NCBI RefSeq assembly: GCF_000027325.1 | Contig: NC_000908.2 | Location: 180,001-212,000 of the forward strand | Direction: 5' to 3' | DNA: 32,000 nt | DNA from: Mycoplasmoides genitalium G37 | GTDB lineage: Bacteria > Bacillota_I > Bacilli_A > Mycoplasmatales > Mycoplasmoidaceae | In this document: one piece after another, positions 21,038 to 31,443 of the stretch | How positions within the stretch are numbered: position 1 is the first letter of the stretch | How the letters are laid out: every line of letters begins with the position of its first letter | Program-made: the position numbers and the translations under genes | The notes under the pieces: generated by a model | Databases searched by the model: none | Seen by the model: only the letters and a program-made list of their open reading frames with translations | Told to the model about the DNA's origin: nothing

Positions 21038-21675
21038 CACAGTTTAATAAGTTCATTATCTTAGGACCCCCAGGGGCAGGAAAAGGTACAGTTTGTAAAC
21101 TGCTTAGCAAAACAACTAAGTTAGTCCATATTGCTAGTGGTGATCTGTTTAGAGAAGCCATTAAAAACCAGAGTGTTATTGGTAGAAAGATTGCAGCAAT
21201 TATCAGTCAGGGTGGTTATGTTGATGATGCCACTACTAACCAGCTTGTTTATGAATATATCACTACCAATCCATTACCAAATGGTTTTATCTTAGATGGT
21301 TATCCAAGAACAGAGAACCAGCTTGATTTTCTAAATATTAAACTAACCATTGACATGGTCTTTGAACTAGTTGTTAGTGATCTGAATAAACTGATTACAC
21401 GGATTGATAACAGGGTTATTTGTAACAACTGTAACAGTGTTTATAACTTGCTTTTTCAAAAACCACTAGTTGAAAATAGTTGTGATCAGTGTTCAGCTAA
21501 ACTAGTGAAAAGGAGTGATGATAACAAAGCAGTGGTCAAAGCAAGAATGGAGTTATATCAACAAACAATTCAACCAATCCACACTTACTTTTTCAACAAA
21601 CAACTTTTAGTACAAATTGATTGCTTTTTACCACTAGAAGAACAACTCAAGACAATCAAACAATTTATTAGATAA
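21031..21675 (+). CDS. adk: Adenylate kinase (Cys4 zinc lid)
   Basis: 214 aa. It has the P-loop [11 protein letters not shown] and [10 protein letters not shown]. The lid is [10 protein letters not shown]...[14 protein letters not shown]. Confidence 0.96.
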
Positions 21676-21677
21676 AG

Positions 21678-22424
21678 ATGATCTATCTCAAATCTGCAAA
21701 TGAAGTTGCAGGGATTAAAAAAGCATGTGCAATCTTCAAAGCAGTTAAGGCATATTTTACAATTGAAAAGTTACTTGGCAAAAAGTTGGTTACCATTGAT
21801 CGTTTAATCAAACAATTCATTGAACAAAAACAAGCTAAATGTGCGTTTCATGGTTATCTAGGTTTCCCTGGTTTTAACTGTCTATCGTTAAACCAAACGG
21901 TTATCCATGGAGTTGCCGATCAAACTGTTTTTAAAGATAGTGATAAACTAACGCTTGACATTGGGATAGACTATCATGGTTATCTTTGTGATGCAGCTTT
22001 CACTTTACTTGGTAATAAAGCTGATCCAAAGGCAGTAAAACTGTTAAATGATGTTGAACAAGCATTTAGTAAGGTAATTGAACCTGAGCTATTTGTTAAC
22101 AATCCGATTGGTAATTTATCCAATGCGATCCAAACTTACTTTGAAAACAAGGGCTATTTTCTTGTCAAAGAGTTTGGGGGTCATGGTTGTGGGATTAAGA
22201 TCCATGAAGATCCTTTAATCTTAAACTGGGGAGAGAAAAACCAGGGCGTTAGGTTACAAGAGGGGATGGTAATCTGTATTGAACCGATGGTTATGACTGA
22301 TAGTAGTGAGATAACAATGGCAGCTAACAACTGGAATGTACTAACTTTAAAGAGTAAGTTTAACTGTCATGTGGAACAGATGTATCACATCACAAACAAC
22401 GGCTTTGAATGTTTAACTAACTAA
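21678..22424 (+). CDS. map: Methionine aminopeptidase type I
   Basis: 248 aa. [42 protein letters not shown] and VICIEPM are the metal-ligand motifs. Confidence 0.95.
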   Translation: MIYLKSANEVAGIKKACAIFKAVKAYFTIEKLLGKKLVTIDRLIKQFIEQKQAKCAFHGYLGFPGFNCLSLNQTVIHGVADQTVFKDSDKLTLDIGIDYHGYLCDAAFTLLGNKADPKAVKLLNDVEQAFSKVIEPELFVNNPIGNLSNAIQTYFENKGYFLVKEFGGHGCGIKIHEDPLILNWGEKNQGVRLQEGMVICIEPMVMTDSSEITMAANNWNVLTLKSKFNCHVEQMYHITNNGFECLTN

Positions 22425-22636
22425 TGAAAAACGATAAACTCTTTCTAACAGGTAAGATACTGGAAATTATCCATGGTGATAAGTACCGGGTGATGCTTGA
22501 AAACAATGTTGAGGTTGATGCACATCTAGCAGGTAAAATGAAGATGAAAAGAACCAAGATTCTCCCTGGGGATGTTGTTGAGGTGGAATTTTCTCCCTAT
22601 GATTTGAAACTAGGTAGGATAACCCAAAGAAAATAA
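22424..22636 (+). CDS. infA: Translation initiation factor IF-1
   Basis: 70 aa with an S1-like fold pattern: GKILEIIHGDKYRVMLENNVEVDAHLAGKMKMKRTKILPGDVVEVEFSPYDLKLGRI. Confidence 0.96.
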   Translation: MKNDKLFLTGKILEIIHGDKYRVMLENNVEVDAHLAGKMKMKRTKILPGDVVEVEFSPYDLKLGRITQRK

Positions 22637-22646
22637 TTAAAATATT

Positions 22647-22760
22647 ATGAAGGTTAGAGCAAGCGTAAAACCAATTTGTAAAGATTGTAAGATCATCAAA
22701 CGTCACCGCATCTTAAGGGTGATCTGCAAAACCAAAAAACACAAGCAAAGGCAAGGATAA
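22647..22760 (+). CDS. rpmJ: 50S ribosomal protein L36
   Basis: Too short for the track. I read it directly as [37 protein letters not shown] (37 aa), stop TAA 22758-22760. It lies between infA and rpsM as expected. Confidence 0.95.
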   Translation: MKVRASVKPICKDCKIIKRHRILRVICKTKKHKQRQG

Positions 22761-23134
22761 TGGCACGAATCTTAGGGATTGATATCCCCAACCAAAAACG
22801 GATCGAGATAGCTTTAACATACATCTTTGGGATTGGTTTGTCAAGTGCAAAAACAATCTTAAAAAAAGCAAAGATTAACCCTGATAAACGCGTTAAAGAT
22901 CTGAGTGAAGAGGAACTTGTTGCGATTAGAAACGCAGCAAGCGGTTACAAGATTGAGGGTGATTTGAGAAGAGAGATTGCTTTAAACATCAAACACCTAA
23001 CAGAGATCGGTTCTTGAAAAGGGATTAGACACAGAAAAAACCTGCCAGTAAGAGGACAACGCACTAGAACCAACGCAAGAACCAGAAAAGGCCCTAGAAA
23101 AACAGTGGCTAACAAGAAAATTGAAAGTAAGTAA
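22760..23134 (+). CDS. rpsM: 30S ribosomal protein S13
   Basis: [26 protein letters not shown]... continues through TGA 23015 ([29 protein letters not shown]) to TAA 23132-23134. Length 124 aa. Confidence 0.97.
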
Positions 23135-23499
23135 TGGCTAAGAAAAAAAAGATTAATGTTCCCAGTGGTTTGATCCATGTCTCCTGTTCACCTAACAATA
23201 CCATAGTATCAGCCACTGATCCCAGTGGTAATGTCTTGTGCTGAGCGAGCAGTGGTACAGTAGGATTCAAAGGTTTTAGAAAGAAAACCCCTTACTCAGC
23301 AGGGGTAGCAGCTGATAAGGTGGCTAAAACTGTGAAAGAGATGGGAATGGGGAGTGTTAAGATGTATCTGAAGGGAACAGGTAGAGGAAAAGACACCACG
23401 ATTAGAAGCTTTGCTAATGCTGGGATTACGATCACAGAAATCAATGAAAAAACCCCTATTCCCCACAATGGCTGCAAGCCTCCTAAGCGTCCGCGCTAA
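23134..23499 (+). CDS. rpsK: 30S ribosomal protein S11
   Basis: Absent from the track because TGA 23242 splits it. I read it directly as [57 protein letters not shown]...TPIPHNGCKPPKRPR, stop TAA 23497-23499 (121 aa). The TGA sits on the conserved S11 Trp. Confidence 0.96.
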
Positions 23500-23514
23500 T
23501 CAAAACAACAACTT

Positions 23515-24501
23515 ATGGAAAAATTTTTAAAGTACGAAATTAAGGTTAACAACAACCAACCAACCAACACTAACCCTAACTATGGGATCTTTGAAGTAGC
23601 ACCGTTAGAATCAGGATTTGGGATTACCATTGGTAATGCGATGCGCCGAGTGTTACTTAGTTGTATCCCAGGCGCTAGTGTGTTTGCCATTGCCATTAGT
23701 GGGGTAAAACAAGAGTTTAGTAATGTGGAGGGTGTGTTGGAAGATGTGACTGAAATGGTGTTAAACTTCAAGCAACTAGTGGTGAGAATCTCTGATCTTT
23801 TGTTTGAAGATGGGGAGATGATCGAACCACCCTTAGAAAGGTGACCAGTTTTAAAAGTTACTGCTGAAAAAAAGGGTGCAGTATATGCAAAGGATCTTGA
23901 GTGTCCAGCTGGTTTTGAAGTGATTAATAAGGACCTTTATCTCTTCTCTTTACAAAAGGACATGAAACTAACAGTCAGTGTTTATGTTAAACAGGGTAGG
24001 GGCTTTACTAGCTTTCTTGAAAACAGAGAATTGATCAATTCGCTTGGCATTATTGCTACAGATGCTAACTTTTCCCCGGTTTTACACTGTGGTTATGAAG
24101 TTCAAGAGGTGAAAACTTCCAAACAAAAGTTAACTGACCATCTCACCTTTAAGATTGCTACTAACGGTGCAATTAAAGCAGTGGATGCGTTTGCTATGGC
24201 AGCAAAGATCCTAATTGAACACTTAAACCCAATTGTAAGTGTCAATGAGTCAATTAAGAATTTAACAATTATCCAAGAGAAAGCAGAGGAAAGAAAGGTG
24301 AAATCATTTGCCAAGCAAATTGAAGAACTTGACTTTACTGTTAGAACCTTTAACTGTTTGAAAAGAAGTGGGATCCACACACTCCAAGAGTTACTATCAA
24401 AGTCATTAACTGACATTAGAGAGATTAGAAACCTAGGTAAGAAATCAGAACGGGAGATTATCAAAAAGGTGCAAGAGTTAGGTTTAAAATTCCGTTCTTA
24501 A
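23515..24501 (+). CDS. rpoA: DNA-directed RNA polymerase subunit alpha
   Basis: Track ORFs 23515..23844 and 23920..24501 share a frame and are joined through TGA 23842 (328 aa). [16 protein letters not shown] is in the N-terminal domain. [24 protein letters not shown] is the C-terminal-domain HhH motif. Confidence 0.97.
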
Positions 24502-24513
24502 TAAAATAGAGCT

Positions 24514-24885
24514 ATGTCATACATTAATAAAGAGGGGAAAACCACAGCTTGAAGAGTGATGACAGTGCGTCAGCAAGTGAGTGCAGTGTTAAGTTATGGA
24601 AAGATTCAAACCACTTTAAAAAAAGCTAAGAACACCCAAAAAAGGTTAGAGAAGATTATTACCATTGCTAAAGTTGATAACTTTAACAACCGCAGGGCTG
24701 TTAAAAAGTGGTTATTAAATACCAATTCATTAGATGTAGATCAACTCACAAACCACCTTTTTAAAAAAGTAGCACCACGTTTTTTAAAGCGTAATGGTGG
24801 TTATAGTAGAGTGTTAAAGTTGGGAGTTAGAAGGGGTGATAGTACTGAAATGGCGATCTTACAGCTGATAGATGCTACCAACTAA
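24514..24885 (+). CDS. rplQ: 50S ribosomal protein L17
   Basis: ATG 24514 gives MSYINKEGKTTAW(TGA 24550)RVMTVRQQVSAVLSYGKIQTTLKKAK...RNGGYSRVLKLGVRRGD (123 aa). It is the last gene of the alpha operon. Confidence 0.96.
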
Positions 24886-25696
24886 ACAAGCTGCTTGTAG
24901 TTTTATTAATGTTGCTTTTTCCTATAATGAACTGCCATTAATTAGGGAACTATCTTTTAGTGTTTATGAGGGGGAATATGTTTGTATTGTTGGTCATAAT
25001 GGCAGTGGTAAATCAACCATTTCCAAACTGTTAACAGGGTTATTAAAGCCCCAGGCAGGTGAGATTAAGATCTTTGGTAAAACAGTTGATTTTGATAATG
25101 TTAGTTACTTGAGAAATAACATTGGGATCATCTTTCAAAACCCTGATAACCAGTTTATTGGGATCACTGTTGAAGATGACATTGCCTTTGGGCTTGAAAA
25201 CAAGTGTTTTTCAAGACAGAAGATAAAAGCCATTATTGATGAAGTTACCCTACAAACCCAAACTGATGGGTTTATTAAACAAGAACCCCATAACCTATCA
25301 GGGGGACAAAAACAACGGGTAGCAATTGCATCTGTTTTAGCACTAAATCCTGCTATTATCATCTTTGATGAATCAACTGCGATGTTAGATCCTAAAGCTA
25401 AAAAAACGATTAAGCAGTTTATGGTTAAACTAGCCAAACAGGGCAAGTGTGTGATCTCAATTACCCATGATATGGAAGAAGTTACTAAAGCTGATAAGGT
25501 GTTAGTAATGAATGAGGGCAAACTGATCAAACAAGGTAAACCTGTTGAAGTTTTCACTAGTGAACAAGAGTTACAAAAAATCCGTTTAGACATCCCTTTT
25601 TCACTCAGTCTTTCAACCAAGATAAGAGGGATCACTAGTACAATTGATTACCAAACCCTGATTAAATCAATTGCCAAGCTGTGAAAAAAAAGATAG
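24872..25696 (+). CDS. ecfA1: ECF transporter energy-coupling ATPase EcfA1 (CbiO-like)
   Basis: Walker A is GHNGSGKST, the signature is LSGGQKQRVAIA and Walker B is IIIFDEST. Under table 4 the TGA at 25682 is Trp, and the ORF ends at TAG 25694-25696 (274 aa). Confidence 0.93.
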
Positions 25697-26595
25697 TCCC
25701 AATTAACCCTTTAAAAGCAGATGAGATTTTAGCAGTTAGTCACTTATCATGTGTTTTTAACAGTAAAACTAACAATCCCATTAAGGTGATTGATGATTTT
25801 TCCTATACCTTTCAAAAGAACCAAATTTACTGTATTATTGGTGATAGTGGCAGTGGTAAATCAACCCTTGTTAACCACTTCAATGGGTTGATAAAACCCA
25901 ACCAAGGTGATATTTGGGTTAAAGATATCTATATTGGTGCTAAACAACGCAAGATTAAGAACTTTAAAAAACTGCGAAAAACTATCTCAATTGTTTTCCA
26001 GTTTCCTGAGTACCAATTGTTTAAAGATACCGTGGAAAAAGACATTATGTTTGGTCCAGTAGCATTAGGTCAATCCAAGTATGATGCGCGCCAAAAAGCG
26101 GCTTATTATCTGGAGATGATGGGGTTAAAATACCCTTTTTTAGAACGTAATCCCTTTGAATTGAGTGGGGGGCAGAAAAGAAGGGTAGCGATTGCTGGTA
26201 TACTTGCAATTGAACCAGAAATTCTAATCTTTGATGAACCAACTGCTGGGCTTGATCCTGAAGGGGAAAGGGAGATGATGCAGTTAATTAAAACTGCCAA
26301 ACAACAACAAAGAACGGTATTTATGATCACCCACCAGATGGAAAATGTCCTTGAGGTGGCTGATGTGGTTTTGGTTTTAGCTAAGGGTAAACTAGTAAAA
26401 GCTGCTAGTCCATATGAAGTGTTTATGGACCAAACTTTCCTTGAAAAAACAACGATTGTTCTCCCCCCTGTGATCCAAGTGATCAAAGATCTAATTGCGA
26501 TTAATGCTCACTTTAATAAGTTAATTGAGTTGCAACCAAAGAACCTAGAACAGCTTGCATCAGCAATTAACAAGACTATAGCAAACCATGGATAA
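25681..26595 (+). CDS. ecfA2: ECF transporter energy-coupling ATPase EcfA2 (CbiO-like)
   Basis: 304 aa from GTG 25681. It carries GDSGSGKST, LSGGQKRRVAIA and ILIFDEPTAGLD. It is the second ATPase of the conserved rplQ-ecfA-ecfA'-ecfT-truA cluster. Confidence 0.93.
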   Translation: MKKKIVPINPLKADEILAVSHLSCVFNSKTNNPIKVIDDFSYTFQKNQIYCIIGDSGSGKSTLVNHFNGLIKPNQGDIWVKDIYIGAKQRKIKNFKKLRKTISIVFQFPEYQLFKDTVEKDIMFGPVALGQSKYDARQKAAYYLEMMGLKYPFLERNPFELSGGQKRRVAIAGILAIEPEILIFDEPTAGLDPEGEREMMQLIKTAKQQQRTVFMITHQMENVLEVADVVLVLAKGKLVKAASPYEVFMDQTFLEKTTIVLPPVIQVIKDLIAINAHFNKLIELQPKNLEQLASAINKTIANHG

Positions 26596-27850
26596 CTTTA
26601 TTAATGGCTATATCCCAAGAAACAGCTTTGTTCACAAGCTGCATCCAACTACTAAACTAGTAATCTTTTTACTGTTAGTTATCTTGGTATTTGTACCAAT
26701 TGGCTTTGTTTTTCAAAGTGTTATCTTTCTTTTTGTTACCTTTGTTTTTTTTATTGCTAAACTCCCGGGGCGGTTTTACAGTTCAGCAATTAAGTCAATT
26801 ACGCTGTTATTTCTCTTGTTGTTATTTGTAAACTGGTTTACCTTTCGTGATCCAGGGTTTTATCTTACTAGTGATCAACTTAACAGTTTACCAGCCATTG
26901 ATAACAGCAAGTTTAGCTTTTGAAACATTAGTTTGTTTAACTATCAAGATAATGTTTTTTCCCAGGTTTTTGCTTTTAACAGGGGTAATTTAACCAACTT
27001 AAATCAACTTGATTTTTTCTATAAAGCTAACAATGCTGATAGTTACACCAAAGTAAAGGGCATTGATAGTTTAGCAAGTATGCTAGCAAACAATGGCAAT
27101 GGTTTAAGCAAAGACAAAATTCTGAGTGCTTTTTTAGATCACAATTTAAACCTTTATTTAGCGAGAAGTTGGGGGGCAAATTTTGCTGGGTTTGTTGTTG
27201 ATTTTAACCCAACAACCCAACTCTTTAAACTCACCCCTTTTCTAGCAAATGCTAGTTATGTTTTAACGTTAAGAGCAGTTATCTTAGCATTCTATGTCAC
27301 CCAAAAGATCCTAATTATGATCTTATTTGCAACTGTACTCACTTCCACTTCAAGTTCAGTTGAACTAGCATATGGGATTGAAAGGTTATTATGACCTTTA
27401 AAACTCATTAAAATACCTGTTAATGTCTTTGCAATGACCATTGCCATTGCCATTAGGTTTGTCCCTTCCTTGTTACTAGAATCACAACGGATCTTAAATG
27501 CCCAAGCCTCCAGGGGTTTAGACTTTCGAAATGGGGGATTTTTAGTGAAGATGCGTTCACTCTCTTCGTTAGTAGTGCCAATGGTTTCCATTGCCTTTCG
27601 CAATGCCTCTGAACTTGCTAGTGCAATGGAAGCAAGGGGTTATCACCCTGCAAAGAAGCGCAGTAGTTATAGACAATACAAAATCACTTGGATTGATATT
27701 TTAGCGTTATTTTTGGTTTTTGCTTGGTTTGTTGTGATTATCTTTTTAACTATTAGAGGAGCGGTCTTTTTGGATCTAGGTACACCAGAATGGTTATTAA
27801 CAGGAAAGATTAATGAACAGGTAATCAGGGATCTGAAGGTAAGTGGCTAG
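26588..27850 (+). CDS. ecfT: ECF transporter transmembrane (T) component EcfT/CbiQ, with a large internal insertion
   Basis: Track ORFs 26588..26923, 26933..27394 and 27434..27850 share a frame and are joined through TGA 26921 and 27392 (420 aa). EcfT hallmarks are the N-terminus GYIPRNSFVHKLHPTTKL and the coupling region AIAIRFVPSLLLESQRILNAQASRGLDF...AMEARGY. Confidence 0.9.
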
Positions 27851-28577
27851 GTACTTGGGGATTGTTAGTTATGATGGCAGTTACTTTAAAGGGTGAGCGA
27901 TTCAACCAAACCTAGCTACTATCCAAGGTTTATTGGAGCAAAGTTTTTCATTAATCATTGGCAGAAAGATAAAGGTAATTGGTTCAGGTAGAACTGATAA
28001 AGGGGTACATGCCATCAACCAAACCTTTCATGTTGATATTAATGGTGAAATTAATCTCAATTTGTTAATTAGAAAAATTAACCAGTTGATTAAGCCCCAC
28101 TGTATAGTTAAAACCTTGGTATTGGTTAACGATAGCTTTCATGCGCGGTTTCAAGTTAAAACCAAGGTGTATGAATATCTGATTAACTGTGGGAATTTAA
28201 ATCCGTTGCAATTTAACTATGTTTGGCAGTTAAACCAGCAATTGGATCTTGAAAAACTCAAAGCTGATGCCACTTTATTTTTAGGTAAGAAAAACTTTCT
28301 TAGCTTCAGTAGTTCGATTCACACTGATTCAATTCGCACAATTAGTAAAATTACCATACAAAAAGAAACTAACCAACTAGTTAGACTAACTTTTTTTGGC
28401 AGTGGTTTTCTCAGGAGTCAAGTGAGGATGATAGTTGCTTGTTTAGTGAATTTAAACACTAATAAAATGGCACTTGAAACAGTTGCAAAATTGTTTGAAC
28501 ACCCCAAGAAAGGGAGTTGTGTTGTTAAAGCCCCTAGTTGTGGTTTGTATCTGAAAACAGTGGTATATGAAAAATAG
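27843..28577 (+). CDS. truA: tRNA pseudouridine(38-40) synthase TruA
   Basis: The frame of track ORF 27933..28577 is open back to GTG 27843, which is preceded by an in-frame TAA. The N-terminus is ARYLGIVSYDGSYFKGW(TGA 27894)AIQPN. The catalytic motif is GSGRTDKGVHA. Length 244 aa. Confidence 0.92.
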
Positions 28578-30390
28578 TTACAAGTGGGATCTATCAGTTT
28601 TATTAAACAACCAAAGCTTACAAGCAAATTTTTTAAAAATTCAAACAGTTAGTGAAGCGTTAATTAAAGCTTATAACAACGGGTTGTGTTTTACAAATAA
28701 AACTAGCTTTGAACAGTTTTTAGCAATCGATGATAAGTTCACTGAACTTGAAAATCGTTACACTAACTACCTTTATAACAAGCAGAATGAAAATAACTTG
28801 GATAAGGAGGTTAATGATGCAATTTTTGCATACCAGAGTTTTAAAAATAACCATAACCTTGCTTTCAGTACACTGCAACAGGAGTTATATAACCATGAAA
28901 AACTCATTAAGGATTATTTAACTGATCCAAAGCTAGCGGTTTACAAGCGCAACTTAATGTTAGTTTTTCGCGATAAACCCCACCAACTATCTAGTCAAAC
29001 CCAGAGTTTATTGAGTCAAATTAACCCTTGTTTTAACCAAGCAGAACGGATTTTTAACATCCTTTCAACTGCTGATTTAAACTTGCAACCTGTTGTTTAT
29101 CAAAACAAAAAATATCCGATTAACAGTGTGAGTGATTATCAGTCCTTACTTGAAAACACTAACAGGGGGATTAGAAAAGCTTGTTATGAGAAGTGGATTG
29201 AAATTTATTGAACTAATAGAAACAGCTTAAGTTTAAGTTTGGTGGAAAATTACATCCAACTAGAGAACTTCGCTAAACTAAAGAACCATCCTAGTTACAT
29301 TGCCCAAACTGCTTTTAATGATGAGATTGAAGTTGGTTTTATTGATTTTGTTTACCAACAAGTAGCTCAGTTTGCCAAAACCTTTCAAGCATTTATTCGC
29401 TTAAAAAAACAGATTTATAAACATGTTTTAAAAGTCAATAAAGTTGAACCATATGATCTTACCCTAACACTTTTTAAAACTAAAAAATCATACACGATTG
29501 AACAAGCTAAACAAGATGCACTAAAAGTTTTAGATCTACTTGGTGACAACTACATCAAGATAGTTAAAAAGGCTTTTAATGAAAACTGGATTGATTGACT
29601 AGCAGATAAAAACAAGTACACAGGGGCATATTCAATCTCCAATGTTAAGGGCTTAGAGCACTTTTTTATCTTAATGAACTTTGATAAAACCAAATCATCA
29701 CTAAATACGTTGGTACATGAACTTGGTCATTCAGTTCACTCTTGGTATGCATCACAACACCAATCCCAAAACATCGATCCTACTATCTTTTATGCTGAGA
29801 TTGCTTCTATTGCCAATGAACTGTTGTTGTGTTATTATGAGCTGCAACTTTATAAAAATAACCACAAGCAGTTAATTGCTAGTTTATTGAGTCAAATCAA
29901 CCATTTTTTTGGCGCTACTACAAGACAAATAATGTTTTCACAATTTGAAAAAGATACGCTTTATTTAATCAGAGTTAACCAGAAACCTGACTTTAAAACT
30001 TTGATTAAAATTTATGCAAATACTGCGGTTAAATACCAAGGTTTTAAACCTGAAGTAGTTGCTAATAAACTAAAAAAGACCCAGTATCAAAAATCATTGT
30101 CACACATCATTGCTATCCCCCATTTTTATGCAGGTAACTTCTATGTTTACAAGTATGCCATTGGCCAAGTTGCAGGTATTTTAGTAGCTAAAAAAATTAA
30201 TAGTGGTGATAAAAAGATGAAAGATAATTACTTTAAATTCCTCAGTTCAGGTTCTAGTTTAGCGCCACTTGAAACCATTAAACTCTTAGGGATTGACCTT
30301 ACTTCACCCCAACCCTGACAAGAAGCACATAACGAAGTAAAGCGTTGGCTTAAAATTGTGAAACAAAGCTTTAAAAAACTCCAAAAATAA
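28567..30390 (+). CDS. pepF: Oligoendopeptidase F (M3B zinc metallopeptidase)
   Basis: Track ORFs 28567..29211, 29239..29598 and 29674..30318 share a frame and are joined through TGA 29209, 29596 and 30316, ending at TAA 30388-30390 (607 aa). The zinc site is the HEXXH motif VHELGHSVH. Confidence 0.92.
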
Positions 30391-31344
30391 GTGCACCATT
30401 TTAACCGCGCTAAAAAGGCCAAGAATAACGAGTTTTTTACTTTAATTGATGAGATTGAAAACGAAGTAATTAACTACCAAAAGCAGTTTGCAAATAAAAC
30501 CATTTTTTGTAACTGTAATGATGGTAAAAATTCCCATTTTTTTCAGTTTTTTCAAACTAACTTTAACCAGTTACAACTAAAAAAACTCATTGGGTTTAGT
30601 TTTAATAATCTCTCACAAGCTGACAAGTTCACTTTTGATGGAAATAAAGTAACTAAAACCAAATTAAAGGGTAATGGTGATTTTAGTTCTGATGAATCGA
30701 TTGAAGTGTTAAAACAAGCAGATATAGTTGTAACAAATCCACCCTTTAGTTTGTTTCAAAGTTTCATTGATCTGTTAATACAACACAACAAGCAGTTTCT
30801 GGTTTTAGGGTTAAATGCAGCAGTTAGCTATAACCATATTTTTACCTACTTTAAAACTAACAAGTTGTGGTTTGGCTATACCGTTAATAAAACAATGAGT
30901 TTTTCAGTTAACAGTGACTATCAACTTTATAACCCCAAAACTAGTAACTTTTTTACAAAAAATGGCAAGTGTTTCCAAAAGATAGCAGGTATCTCTTGGT
31001 TTACTAATTTAGGAAAACCACATTATAACCCCTTTTTAAATACCAACTGTTTTTATAAAAACAACGAAAAAAACTATCCCAAGTTTGATTGGTATGATGC
31101 TATTTATGTCAACAAGATTAAAAACATCCCTATGGATTGAAATGGATTGATGGGAGTTCCTTTAACCTTTTTAAACTGTTACAACCCCAAGCAGTTTGAA
31201 TTAGTTGATTGTCTTGCTAACCCTTATGCTACCTTAGATACATTAAAAACAAATGCCTTTGTGAAATTAAATCAGGGTGATGTGAGAAATGTTAATGGTA
31301 AAAGAAGGTATGTAAGGGTAATAATTAAAAAACAACAAATTTAG
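30391..31344 (+). CDS. Orphan N6-adenine DNA methyltransferase (EcoRI-methylase-like family)
   Basis: GTG 30391 directly abuts the pepF stop. Track ORFs 30391..31140 and 31147..31344 share a frame and are joined through TGA 31138 (317 aa). The catalytic motif IV is DIVVTNPPFSLF. The N-terminus NNEFFT...IFCNCNDGKNSHFFQFF is typical of this family. Confidence 0.85.
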
Positions 31345-31443
31345 TTTTTTCAACATTTAACAACTCTGTTTTTACAAAAGTTAGCTTAATTTTGCTAAAT
31401 TGTTTTTTGATAGCACACTGCTGTCAACGAACCATGTTGATAA

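Noticed and set aside
25135-26486. Minus-strand ORFs of 166 aa, 126 aa and 65 aa antisense to ecfA1 and ecfA2
   Set aside because: They overlap ABC ATPase genes that are clearly conserved on the + strand. They are hydrophobic, low-information translations with no recognisable motifs.
31327-31410. Possible terminator after the methyltransferase: AAAAAAC-N10-GTTTTTT (31327-31350) and TTAGC-N8-GCTAA (31381-31398) followed by a T-run
   Set aside because: The stems are A/U-only or just 5 bp with large loops, too weak to call from sequence alone. One of them may still function; I left it unannotated.
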